Translations under genes and position numbers: made by a program
Source of the DNA: Podarcis vaucheri
Lineage: Eukaryota
NCBI GenBank assembly: GCA_965113315.1
Contig: OZ220379.1
Direction: 5' to 3' (one strand)
DNA: 64,000 nucleotides
The notes under the pieces: model-generated
Seen by the model: only the letters and a program-made list of their open reading frames with translations
Databases searched by the model: none
What the model was told of the DNA's origin: nothing
In this document: one piece after another, positions 40,601-52,600 of the stretch
Layout: each line of letters begins with the position of its first letter
Numbering within the stretch: position 1 is the stretch's first letter

Positions 40601-43600
40601 TTTGCTGGTGTTGGGAGGAGATCAATGCTCATTCTTTGATATATTTCAACAGCAGCCTCCACTATACTTTTTGCACTCTGCCTTACTGTTGTAGAGAAGT
40701 CAGCCAAAAATCCTTTTAAAATAGCCTAGTCCGAGGAAAAACAACAAAACAAAACTTAAGCTCAAAATGTAATTAAAGTTTTGTGGTGTTCTCTCTTTTA
40801 TTCTGCTCAAGCCAGCTGTGATTTCAATGTTTCTTTTAAAAAGTGGAACTACATCTTTTTATATTAACAGAAAAGCACATCCTGTATTTCTTTCAGGCAT
40901 CTGCTAGTCCAACTATTGATTTATTATTGTGTTTGAGTGCCAGTTCACGTATTCAGAAAGTTTTCCCCATTCATCCCAGTGAGAAACTTCCATGTGTGCA
41001 AACAAATCCATCAGCATGAATGGTGAAATGTGAACAAGCAATACTGCTAACGGGTTTATCGTGTTAAGGTGCAATTTTCAATGGCAAAGATTTCATGGTG
41101 GGCTCAGTAGGTAGGGCAGGGATATTTGCATTTGGTTTGCTCTGATGCTTTTTTAAACAACTTGCTTTAATTTGTGAAGACACAGAAAAGGGTGATGGCA
41201 CCAAGCAGTATTAGACAGAACTATGCAGACCATTTACCATGTCAAGCAAATACTGAATATAACAATGTATTTCAGCCTTATTTAGGAGAATCTCTCGCTC
41301 AAAAAAGAAAGAAAGAAAGAGCCAGTCTACATCAAAGATAGTCATGGCTAGCTCAAAGTTATGTAGCTACATCAAATATTTTAAAAGTATCATTTCAGAA
41401 GCAGGGAAAAACCACACATTTTAGCCTGAAGTTCATTGGGGTGATTAATACTTGCTTCAATTTGCATCAGTCCCCACCTTCAGCCCCACAACTATAGGTG
41501 TGGCTATGAGTGAGAAAGAGGGCATTTACTTACTTACTTGCAGTTTAATGCCAAAATAGGCTTCTAAGCAGTTTACAAAGTATAAAAAACCAACTTACAC
41601 AAACAATTGCAATATACATATCCATAATTCAAAAGCTCACTAATACAGTGCTATGACCCTCATGGTCCCTTCAGCTGATTCTATGATTAAAGAAATACAT
41701 CAATTAAAAACAGGATCATGTGGAGTTTTTAGAGAGTGCCATGGGTACTACCCACTTCTTTTTGCTTATCTACCAGAACAATAGATCCTCTTAGATTTTT
41801 GTAACTTTTTTAGATAGCATGATGACAAAACAACTAACAAATCACAGGAATATGGACCAGAGGTTGTGTATGATAAGATGGTAGTTCTGAGGGGGGCCCT
41901 CAGAAAAAAAATATTTGAGGATCTATCAGGGACACGGACTTATAAAAAATATTGGGGGGGCCCGGGAAAGCTCATGAATAATAAATAAGCTCATGAATAT
42001 GCAAATAAAGTGGCTCCGGCCCTAAATAGGGCAAGCCACGCCCCCCCAGCCAGCCGATTGGCTGGCTGGGAGGTGTGGCCAGTCGGGATTACCCTGTTCT
42101 CGCGGGGGCTGAAACCGCCAGGAGGAAGGAAATTCCCCCCGGCAGTGCCTTGGCAGTGGCGGTGGTGCTGCGAAGCAGCGAGGCAGGAGCCCCCGCCCCC
42201 GGGGATTCCCTAATCTCGCGGGGGATGGCCGGGGCTCTCCGACTAGGGCGCGCGGCTGGCTGGCTGACTGGCGAGGGAGCAGGTGGGGAGGAGGCGGGGG
42301 ACGGCGGCCGCGCTCTGCTGGAAGGGCGCCCGAGATTATTGGGGGGGCTGAGCCCCCCCAAAAAATTTTTTGAGGGGGCTCGAGCCCCCTCAGGCCCCAT
42401 GGAGTCGGCGCCTATGGGATCTATAATGATTCATATCTCACAACCCTGTTTTTGTACCAGTGCTAGAAAACACCATTCTGTGATTTTTATGGTTCAGCCA
42501 AGAGAGATGCGATACGTGATTTGAGGATGGTTATAAGGGTGGGGAAGTCTGGGGGGAGAAATTATGGAATTTCAAGAGGATCCATCTTACTGGATCCAAT
42601 GTGTGCATGTGCACATATACACATTCTCTCTCCTGCAGCACCCCACTTACTCATCTGGTATCCACAGACTTAGTCTAAAGTGCACCGATATTTAAAGGTA
42701 TCAGGACTCTGCATTCAGTACCAATCTTCAATAATGTTCATAAATGCATATCAAAAACTTTCAGCACTTCAGAAAGTAACACATGCTACTAAGAATCTGT
42801 ATAAGTCCAGCATCTCAGAACAGCGGGTTATGGCAGACTGAACAGAAGAATCTATTTTTTGTTCTTTGTTACTGTGGGGAAGTTGCTACTGACCTCGAAA
42901 ATTTGTTTAAGGCTATGCTCAGAGGGTGTCGGAAGACACAGCATCGCGAAATGTCTAATGAAACGTGCTGTAACTGGATTACGTCCACCACCTGGAGGTG
43001 CACAGGCTGAACAAATAGTTACATCCTAGGGGGGGAAAGATCATAGATATTTTGTGTCAAAACATAATACTTAAGTCTTTAATCCTATAAAAACTTGTTT
43101 CATACATTTAAACCACAGCTCAGATAACATGCCTGATTCCCTATTCTTATTTTTAATTCAGCATCAAACTGTACTGATGAAATTCTATATACAGTAAATA
43201 TCAAGGCAGGCTAAAATTGTTTGTGGTGGCTTGAACCTTAAACCTCATTCAATGCCCTTCAGCAATCTTCAGGTGTAAGGAAATGCTGTGTCTGCATAAG
43301 CTGAAGGGGAAATGAAGCAGGTAGAAAGCAAAATGAATGAAGTTTAGAGATGTATAAGGCAGACATAGGCAAACTCCAGCCCTCCATATATTTGGGACTA
43401 CAATTCCCATCATCCCTGACCACTGGTCCTGTTAACTAGGGATGATGGGAATTGTAGTCCCAAACATCTGGAGGGCTGGAGTTTGCCTATGCTTGGTATA
43501 AGGTATCATGATGGATATGTGTTCAAAAAAAATGTGGGGAAGCCTTTTTTGGAACTAAAGGGGGGGGGCGTATTGTCATAAAAAACCAGAAATAATAACA

Positions 43601-46600
43601 TTAAAAACTGAAATGCGTGAGAGAAAGGATGAGCAAGTGAATGCTGGAATGTGAAGCTTGTGCTTTTCCAGAGAACCATAAGAGAAGGACAGAAAACACG
43701 TACGCAGGAGCTATTGCTATAACTTGAGGACAGAGAAAGGAGAGAAAGCTAAGAAAGTTGCTATGCCTTGTGATTAAACCAGTGAAAGCCAGCAGAAGGA
43801 AGTGCTGCCATATATTGACATAACTGACCCTTTGCTTCCCTTTGTTTGGAAGTGTGCCATCCCTCAACCACTCGCTGGTTGAGTTTGTGCCGCACTGTCC
43901 TTGCAACGCCTAAGTAAATGTCCTGTTCAGCTGACAATTGGAGTCTGGATCTTACTGACCCTATAGGCTGAACCCAGCTCATGGTAAACAGTGAGTGTGT
44001 TTTCCCCCAAAACCTCTGGCCATATATACATTATTTACACAATAGGTCCCGCGTGATTGGCTGATTCAACTCCCCTCCTGGAGCCTTATTGGGCTGCTCC
44101 TGCAGGTGAATCAGGTTGCTGATTCACTTCCTCCTGGAGCCTTATTGGGTTGCTCCTGCAGGCCAATCAGGTTGCTGCCTTCCAGAATCCTACCTGCCTA
44201 TTGTTCTAGGAGCCAAGCTCAGCTCATAACAGGAACCTCAATACTTTCCCAACAGAATAGATGGTACTCAGATTATAGCATTCACTGTCACAACCAGCTG
44301 AAGGCAGACTTGCCTGTATTTCCTTCCAAAACAGTTTCTCTCTGTCGTAGAACCCTCCAAAGTCTTGATACTGTCGTAGTAGCTCAATAGGGGGCTGAGA
44401 ACCATAACGATCCAATTTAGGCATGTTTAGATCGTCTACAAAAATGACAACTCTTTTTGACCCTGGTGCTCCTAAACAACAGAAGAGTGGAGAAACCACT
44501 GTTGGTAAGTTTTCCCCAAATAACAAAATTAATACACAATAGCACCGAGTTTTTTACACTTCAGAAATTAGCAGGCTTCCAATGCTGTTAAACTGAAACA
44601 TCAGTTAAACTGAAATGGACCACTGATTAACCAAAGTTTATTATTTCATAGTCTTTAATTTGACTATGGCAAATATTAAGAAAATTAGAGACCTGAATAA
44701 TGTGGCAGAATATTACAGAAGTAAACATAAATGCCAAAATACAGATTGTTGTCCTAATGTTGAAAGCAACAGAATCCTTTCTGGATGAATATGCAGTGAT
44801 GTGTGAAAAACAATGCTGATTTTCAATCAGCCTGCATTACATGGAACTTTTTTCCTTTCCTGGAACCCCTAGTTTTGATCCAAGTTCTCTTTTAAGCAAT
44901 TTTTATCCAATTTTATCCAAGACCTCGTGTGGGTGTTCAGTATATCTGATGTGACTGTGTTCTTAGATAATGCACTTGATTTAGATTTGTTGTTGTTGTT
45001 GTTGTTTAGTCGTTTAGTCGTGTCCGACTCTTCGTGACCCCATGGACCAGAGCATGCCAGGCACTTCTGTCCTCCACTGCCTCCCGCAGTTTGATCAAAC
45101 TCATGCTGGTAGCTTCAAGAACACCATCCAACCATCTCGTTCTCTGTCGTCCCCTTCTCCTTGTGCCCTCCATCTTTCCCAACATCAGGGTCTTTTCCAG
45201 TGAGTCTTCTCTTCTCATGAGGTGGCCAAAGTATTGGAGCCTCAGTTTCACGATCTGTCCTTCCAGTGAGCGCTCAGGGCTGATTTCCTTCAGAATGGAG
45301 AGGTTTGATCTTCTTGCAGTCCATGGGACTCTCAAGAGTCTCCTCCAGCACCATAATTCAAAAGCATCAATTCTTCGGCGATCAGCCTTCTTTATGGTCC
45401 AGCTCTCACTTCCATACATCACTACTGGGAAAACCATGGCTTTTACTATACGGGCCTTTGTTGGCAAGGTGATGTCTCTGCTTTTTAAGATGTTGTCTAG
45501 GTTTGCCATCACCTTTCTCCCAAGGAGCAGGCGTCTTTTAATTTCGTGACTGCTGTCACCATCTGCACTGATCATGGAGCCCAAGAAAGTAAAATCTCTC
45601 ACTGCCTCCATTTCTTCCCCTTCTATTTGCCAGGAGGTGATGGGCCCAGTGGCCATGATCTTCGTTTTTTTGATGTTGAGCTTCAGACCATATTTTGCGC
45701 TCTCCTCTTTCACCCTCATTAAAAGGTTCTTTAATTCCTCTTCACTTTCTGCCATCAAGGTTGTGTCATCTGCATATCTGAGGTTGTTGATATTTCTTCC
45801 GGCAATCTTAATTCCGGTTTGGGATTCATCCAGCCCAGCCTTTCGCATGATGAATTCTGCATATAAGTTAAATAAGCAGGGAGACAATATACAACCTTGC
45901 CGTACTCCTTTCCCAATTTGGAACCAATCAGTTGTTCCATATCCAGTTCTAACTGTAGCTTCTTGTCCCACATAGAGATTTCTCAGGAGACAGATGAGGT
46001 GATTTAGATTTAGCCCTAAGCAAAGCAAATTGTACATTATTGTACAATTTATAGGAGGGAGATATATGTATCAGTGGCAGGGCATGGGGTAGTATGCACA
46101 GGAAGGAGCAAAAGAGGATGAATGAAACATGTCCATAACAACCTCAGGTCAAAATATTGTTTCACTTCTCATTAGAGTACAGTATGTGAAGATGTGTTGC
46201 ATTTCCCAAATGTCAATGCTGCCCTCCTGTGTTAAACTGAATGGAGTACATCAGATTATAGCCTACATCAGGTGCAGGGAAGCTCTGGCTCTCCAGATGT
46301 TGCTGAACTAAAATTTCCATAACCCCAGGACATGTTCTGTGCTTGATGGGAGTTATAGTTCAGCAGGATCAGGAAGGACAAAGATTCCTCACCCCAGGCC
46401 TACATTTAACTAAAAACCAACAGCTTTAAAACTGAAGAACTCTGAATCTTCTTTCTTCCTGCTGCTTCCAGGTGTAATTATTTAGCCTTATCTCTGGGAG
46501 AATTCTTCTCCATAATTCTGTAGGAAAACCATAGGTAATTTGGGAAAAAATTACTTTGCACTAACCTGTTGCGGAGTGTTGTTGAAATTGGCAGCGAGTG

Positions 46601-49600
46601 GTTGAGAATGAAGAGTTGATTACAAGAAATACAGCCAACACAATTTAGGCAACAAAATATATTATAAACCTCTTTACCTAAAATATTTTTCCGTTTCTTT
46701 TCTAATTTGGATTCAATAATCTCCTGTGTCCTTATAGATGAAGTCTGAGCAGAGAAATTTAGGTAAACGGGAACATAACCAGCTTCCTCTTGTATTCGGT
46801 TTAGCAGTGCCCTTGCAACTACAGACTTCAAATGACAAAAAAAATAAATATACAAGCAACAGTGCATTATATGCACAAAAAATCACTGCAGTTACATTCG
46901 GAAATATTATTAGCTCCTCATAATGAGTAGAATTCTCCACTGGACTATACACAGAGAAATCTAGATTTGAGAGATTGTTCCCTGAACAAGTATTTTGAAT
47001 TTATGCCACTGAAATTTACCACTATCAAGTTGCTATGTCAGCTAACTTGATGAGCTTTTTCATGGTCACTGGATTTAAAAAATTGTGCTATCTGAAAATT
47101 TTGATGGCTTACTTTTCCAAAATATTAATCAAACTTGTTAAATAGCAAATTGTTTACAATGCATCGTTTTGTTTTGGAACCTATTTTTCCATTTTTACCC
47201 TCATCATTAGATTAGAAGATAATTAGAACATTACAGAAGTAATTTATTCAGTGCCTCTCCCTACAACATTATCTACCTATTCTCCACTCTCTTGAGGAAT
47301 CTCTATAGATTTGATTAAAACAGTGCCTTAACTAATGTCCCTTAAAATTACTAATTAATAACTTGGTGGATTTGATGTTTTTGAATTTATATAAATGATT
47401 TGACTATTTTGTTAAGCAACCAAAAGAAATCTCACCTTGCCAACCCCAGTTATCCCTGTGAACAACACAGAATGTCTGACAGCTAGCAATTTTTCCATAA
47501 GAAAGCCATAGCGCACAGTGTCGGTGGTGGGAACAAGCATTTCAAAAAATGGTACAGTGTGGCTGTATTTAAATGTAGGTATAATTCGCTCCCACGGATC
47601 CAGTCGCTTTGTCTCAAAATCAATGAAAAGACTCCACAAATCACCAGAAGTTGGAAGCTAGAAAGAAGAAATAATCACATTCATCCTTGTCAAGAACTGG
47701 GAAGAAGGGTTGGAATACATGGCAAAAGGGACGATTGGTCTTACCTGTAGCATAGATTTGATAGGTATCAAATTAGGGAAACAGCTCTCTTTGTACAGGC
47801 ATATAAGGGTTTTGAATTATTTTGTCACATACATGCTGTTCAGAATTTCTCCCTGTTTTCTAGACCTGTGGACTACTCTTCCTTCAAGGCAGGAGCCGAC
47901 AATTATTAGCTTCGGGTGATAGGTAGAAGCAGGGGTTGGTGGAAGGGTGTTATATATAAAACTGGTTTCTGAATTTTAGAAATTTTAATATTTTAACGAC
48001 TGTTTTCATGACTGTTTTACTAGCTGAATTTCACCCTCCAACGATTGTATAATAAAGGGCAAGACAGAAACTTTACAAATAAACAAATTATTGGGCATCT
48101 TCCCACAATCATGAAGACCAGAGCTTTGTTTTGAAGTGTAAACCCTTCAAAAGGCACTCCATGTTAGAGCCCAAACTGCACATTGTGAATCGCAATAGAA
48201 GTTATGGCTGCTAATTGCATTTATTTGTTGCTTATTGCATAAAATGCCTGAGTTTCATCACAAAGATATTAAAACATAATTGACACAAAGAGCTCATCCC
48301 TTCAATAAAATAAAAAGGACAAATCCTACCCCACCCCGCTAAAATATTAACACAGGCTATCATAATATATAACCCCAATTAGGAGCCAAACACCTGGGTG
48401 GACAGGAATGTTTTTGCTTGGTGCCTAAATCTGATAATGATGGCACTAGGCATATGTTTCTCCAAAAGGTCTCCCGCAATCAGGAAGCCACCACTGAGAA
48501 GGCCTGTTCTTGTGTTGCCACCCTCTGCACCTCCCTCAGAGGGGACATGGGTGATAAACATAGAATCCAGTTATGAAGATTCATGGATATTCCTTCACAC
48601 CTGGAATTCGTGGATGAATTTTGTAGGCCACAAAAAATTGGGTTCAGCTACCCAATTAAAAAATGAATTGTTTGTGGGGCATGTCTGACTCCAAGAGCAC
48701 TTGTAGAAGTGCCTCTACACAGGCTGCATTCGAAGAGAAATTCTTCCTGCTCTTCCAGATTACGCTGCTCTCACAATCACTATAAATGAAAATGTGTAAG
48801 CAAAATAGTATGCTTCATACCTTGGCATCTGGGTTATCTTCAAACTGCTGTCTTATAAATGTATCGAAACCATCCCAACAATTCTCTGTTAAATTTCCAC
48901 CAACTGACCACAAATAACAGAAAACAAAAGTCTGGCATACAAGAGAATTTAACCTAGATTGTTCCTGTACAAAGAAGAAAAGGAAAATAAATACTTTTTA
49001 AAAAAATACGTGTACTATTTCCCCCATATCAAATTAACATACAGAAAACTCCAGTAATCTGAATGAGGTAAATTTAAAATTCTCTTTCGTAAAAAATAAT
49101 ATGCTATTATACCTTAGCAGGTACCATATTTTTCGCCCTATAGGACGTACTTTTTCCCCTCCAAAAATGAAGGGGAAATCTGGGTGCGTCCTATGGGGCG
49201 AATGCAGGTTTCGCTGAAGCTTGGAGAGCGAGAGGGGTCGGTGCGCACCGACCCTTCTCACTCTCCAGGCTTCAGGAAGACATCCGCAGCCTAGGCAGCC
49301 CTGCGGAAGTTCGGGCAGGGCTGTCTAGGCTGCGGATAGTAGCCTGCTTCCTGGAGCGCCGGGCGTGCTGAAAGCAGAGTGCCCGGGACTTCGGGAACAC
49401 ATCCGCAGCCTAGGCAGCCCTGCGGAAGTTCGGGCAGGGCAGCCCTGCGGAAGTTCGGGCAGGGCACTTCGGGAACACATCCGCAACCCTTCTCACTCTC
49501 CAGGCTTCAGGAAGACATCCGCAGCCTAGGCAGCCCTGCGGAAGTTCGGGCAGGGCTGTCTAGGCTGCGGATAGTAGCCTGCTTCCTGGAGCGCCGGGCG

Positions 49601-52600
49601 TGCTGAAAGCAGAGTGCCCGGCACTTCGGGAACACATCCGCAGCCTAGGCAGCCCTGCAGGAGGTCCCGCAGGGATGTCTAGGCTGCGGATAGCAGCCTG
49701 CTTCCCAGAGCGTCAGGCGCCCTGAAAGCAGAGCGCCCGGCGCTTCGGGAACACCTCCGCAGCCTAGGCAGCCCTGCAGGAGGTCCCCGCAGGGCTTCCC
49801 ACGCCGGGGATAGCAGCCTGCCGCCCCGCAGGGGGGGGCGCCCTGAAGCAGAGCACCCCGCGTGCCGGACAGACATTGGCCAGCCCCACAAGCTTGGGGG
49901 ACAGCAGGGAGGCGCAGCGCCGCCATCCCGCTGTTCCTCGACCTGGTTCGGTTTCCCCGACCTGCTTTTGGGGGGGAAATAAAGGGAAATAAATTTCCTT
50001 TATTTCCCCCCAAATAAACTAGGTGCGTCCTATGGGACGGAGCGTCCTATGGGACGAAAAATACGGTATGAGCGACAAAGATATGATATTTTCTATATAA
50101 CTTGATTTTAGATATTTTCCTGTGTGAAGGTTTTTATGATGTGCTTATCATTTAATATGTTTTTGATTAAGAAACCTAAGCTACAACAATTCTATTGAAC
50201 TCCCATCCACAAGATGGAGTTTCAGATGCCTGGTCAAAACTGTTTTGTTTTTTTGCTTGTTTTTCGGGCCTTTGCACCCTGAATGCTTCTCAGATGATCT
50301 AAAAATATATTTTTTAACTGAGATTTTAATTTTTTGAGAAAAACTTGCATGCATGAGCAGCATCACGTTCACAATAAACTGCTAAGTGGAATCACCCATC
50401 CAACAATACACACATGTGCGTGCACATACACACACACACACACACACAGAGTTACTCAGTTATAAAAGGGATTATCTGGGAAGACCCACATAGAAATAGT
50501 TATTTAAAAGAATAACAGAATATTGATACTGAGGTCTTTCCCCATAATCTACAGACACAAGGAGTAAGGTAAATAGCTATACCATTGACATATTGGGACC
50601 TCCCTTTCCAAGGAGCAGTGATTCCAGTAAACAGCAGAGAGTTGTAACTTTACTGATGTCCACTTGATATATAGCTTGCGAACACTTTTTGTGAACATAT
50701 TTCAGGCCGCCTTCAACATAATGGCAAAACAAGTCAAACAAATATGTTCGTGTTTCCTCATTGATCTAAAAAACAGAATAAATATTTGTACACAGTTACT
50801 ATCTTATCCCACTTTGAGAAGTAAGTACAGCTCCTAAGATGAAAGCATCTTTGACATATTAATCCATATGTGAAACATACATTTCCCACTTACCCCCTCC
50901 CTTGGGTGGGCGGGGTTTGCGACACCACACGGGCTCCTGGGACTGGGGAGCCACCCACCTTGTTACAGGGAGGCCGTTGCTCCGCCCCCATCTCAGCAGG
51001 CCTATGGGCGGCCAGCTGGGGGTGGGACAAGAACCAGCAAAGGACCGATGCTCTTCAGCCCAGGCTCACTTGTTTTTCTTTCCAGGTTCACCTGCCCAAC
51101 CCTCCCTGCGTATAACATGGTCCTCTTTTGCACTAACATCTTGCTTTAGAGGTCAGCGGGCGCTGCTATGGTCGTAAGATGGTTGCTATATTCAGAACCG
51201 GGAAGGAATTTTCTTGCATTGGCAGGTTTCGCCTTCCCCATAGCATCTCGTCACAACTTTGGCGGTTTTAGGCCTTGGTCAGTATTCTATAGTCTATCTG
51301 TGAGTCGGAGGCAGCATATTGATGCACCCCCATGCGGCGGCGTTTGCAGGGCCCGTTAAAGGGTTGATTGCAGGGGTCACTGGCCCTACAGCGGTGGCAT
51401 ATAGGTCAAACTCCCAGCTAGGTGAAATGGGAGGGCAGGCTGGGTAAGTTCACGCTTTCCAGTCCCCTCCCACAACACCTGATTGCCCTGCGCAGCCTCA
51501 GCCCCTATCGGGCACAAGAGGGATACCTTCCAAGGCCTAAGCCAATAAAAATAAATAAAGCAGTGGGCTAATTTAAACCCATACATTGTTGTTCATGTCT
51601 CATCTCTTGGGGTTGTGGTGGGCTCCGGGAACAGGGTTTTAGTGTGTGGGCTCGCAAATCACTTTCTCCAGTACTGCAGTGCCCCACACTGACCAAAGTG
51701 GAGCAAAAACAAAGCCACTGAGAAACTAGAGGGTGTGAGCAGGTTTGAAAGCCTCCAGAAATATTAAAAATATATATTTTAAAATATTGCTACAAGAAGC
51801 GACCTTTCCCTCCTGCCCACAGCCCCAATGAGATTTCAGCATGCTCAGTACCACAGAGCGTTGGGTGTCAGTTAAAAAGAACACTGAAAATTTTCCCTTT
51901 TGGTTAAAAGTGCTTTTGCAAAACCTACTCTGTCTTCAAGGCCTGCCATCCATGTCTTCACATATGGGATCCACTTCAGTTCCTCAGGATCAATGTAGAC
52001 CATTCCGCATCGGCTAACTGTGGCAGGTGAAGCAACCCTCAAGTCTTCCACCTGAAAGTCATGGATATTGCATATTTCTGTTTCAGTATATAAATTTAAA
52101 AAGCCACAAGCAAAGATGCAAATAAATAGTGTGATATCTTTGTTCCAGATATGCACTGAAGAATTAGAAAAAAACATTTGAACCTGAGAAAGAAAAGTAC
52201 CTCAAACATCATGTGAATGTACGGTGTGAGTTTGATTCTTTCGCTGTTAGCCAGGCAAAGCATCTTGTTATCATCCAAAACGGTGTTTAGGTTTTCAATC
52301 CATAAGGCATCCACAGGTCCATCGCTGATGATCCATTTATGATCTTCAGAGGTGTCAACCACAGCAGCTCGAACGCTAAGAGCCATCAGGCCATCTTTCC
52401 ACTCCAAAGTTAAATTGTTAACCTCACCATATAGTTCACCCATTGTAATTGATTTAGGGTTCAGAACATATGTTTTAACAGGCTGGTAGAAAGGGTTTTC
52501 TTCACCCGCTTCATGCAACGCTGCAAGGCTATCTGCCAGAACCTGGTAAACTGTAGTTTTCCCACCTCCGGTTGGTCCAACGAGCATGACACCATGCCTT

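Noticed and set aside
45034-45975. Plus-strand 171-aa and 133-aa ORFs
   Set aside because: Antisense shadows of the BovB reading frame.
49284-49870. CRISPR-like array or hammerhead ribozyme repeats
   Set aside because: Units are contiguous with no unique spacers, the context is eukaryotic, and CTGAAAG does not match the CUGANGA hammerhead core.
29244-51928. Tandem GTAGGT donors at exons 12 and 26 as regulated alternative splice sites
   Set aside because: A common donor sequence; a 4-nt shift would frameshift, and there is no evidence of use without RNA data.
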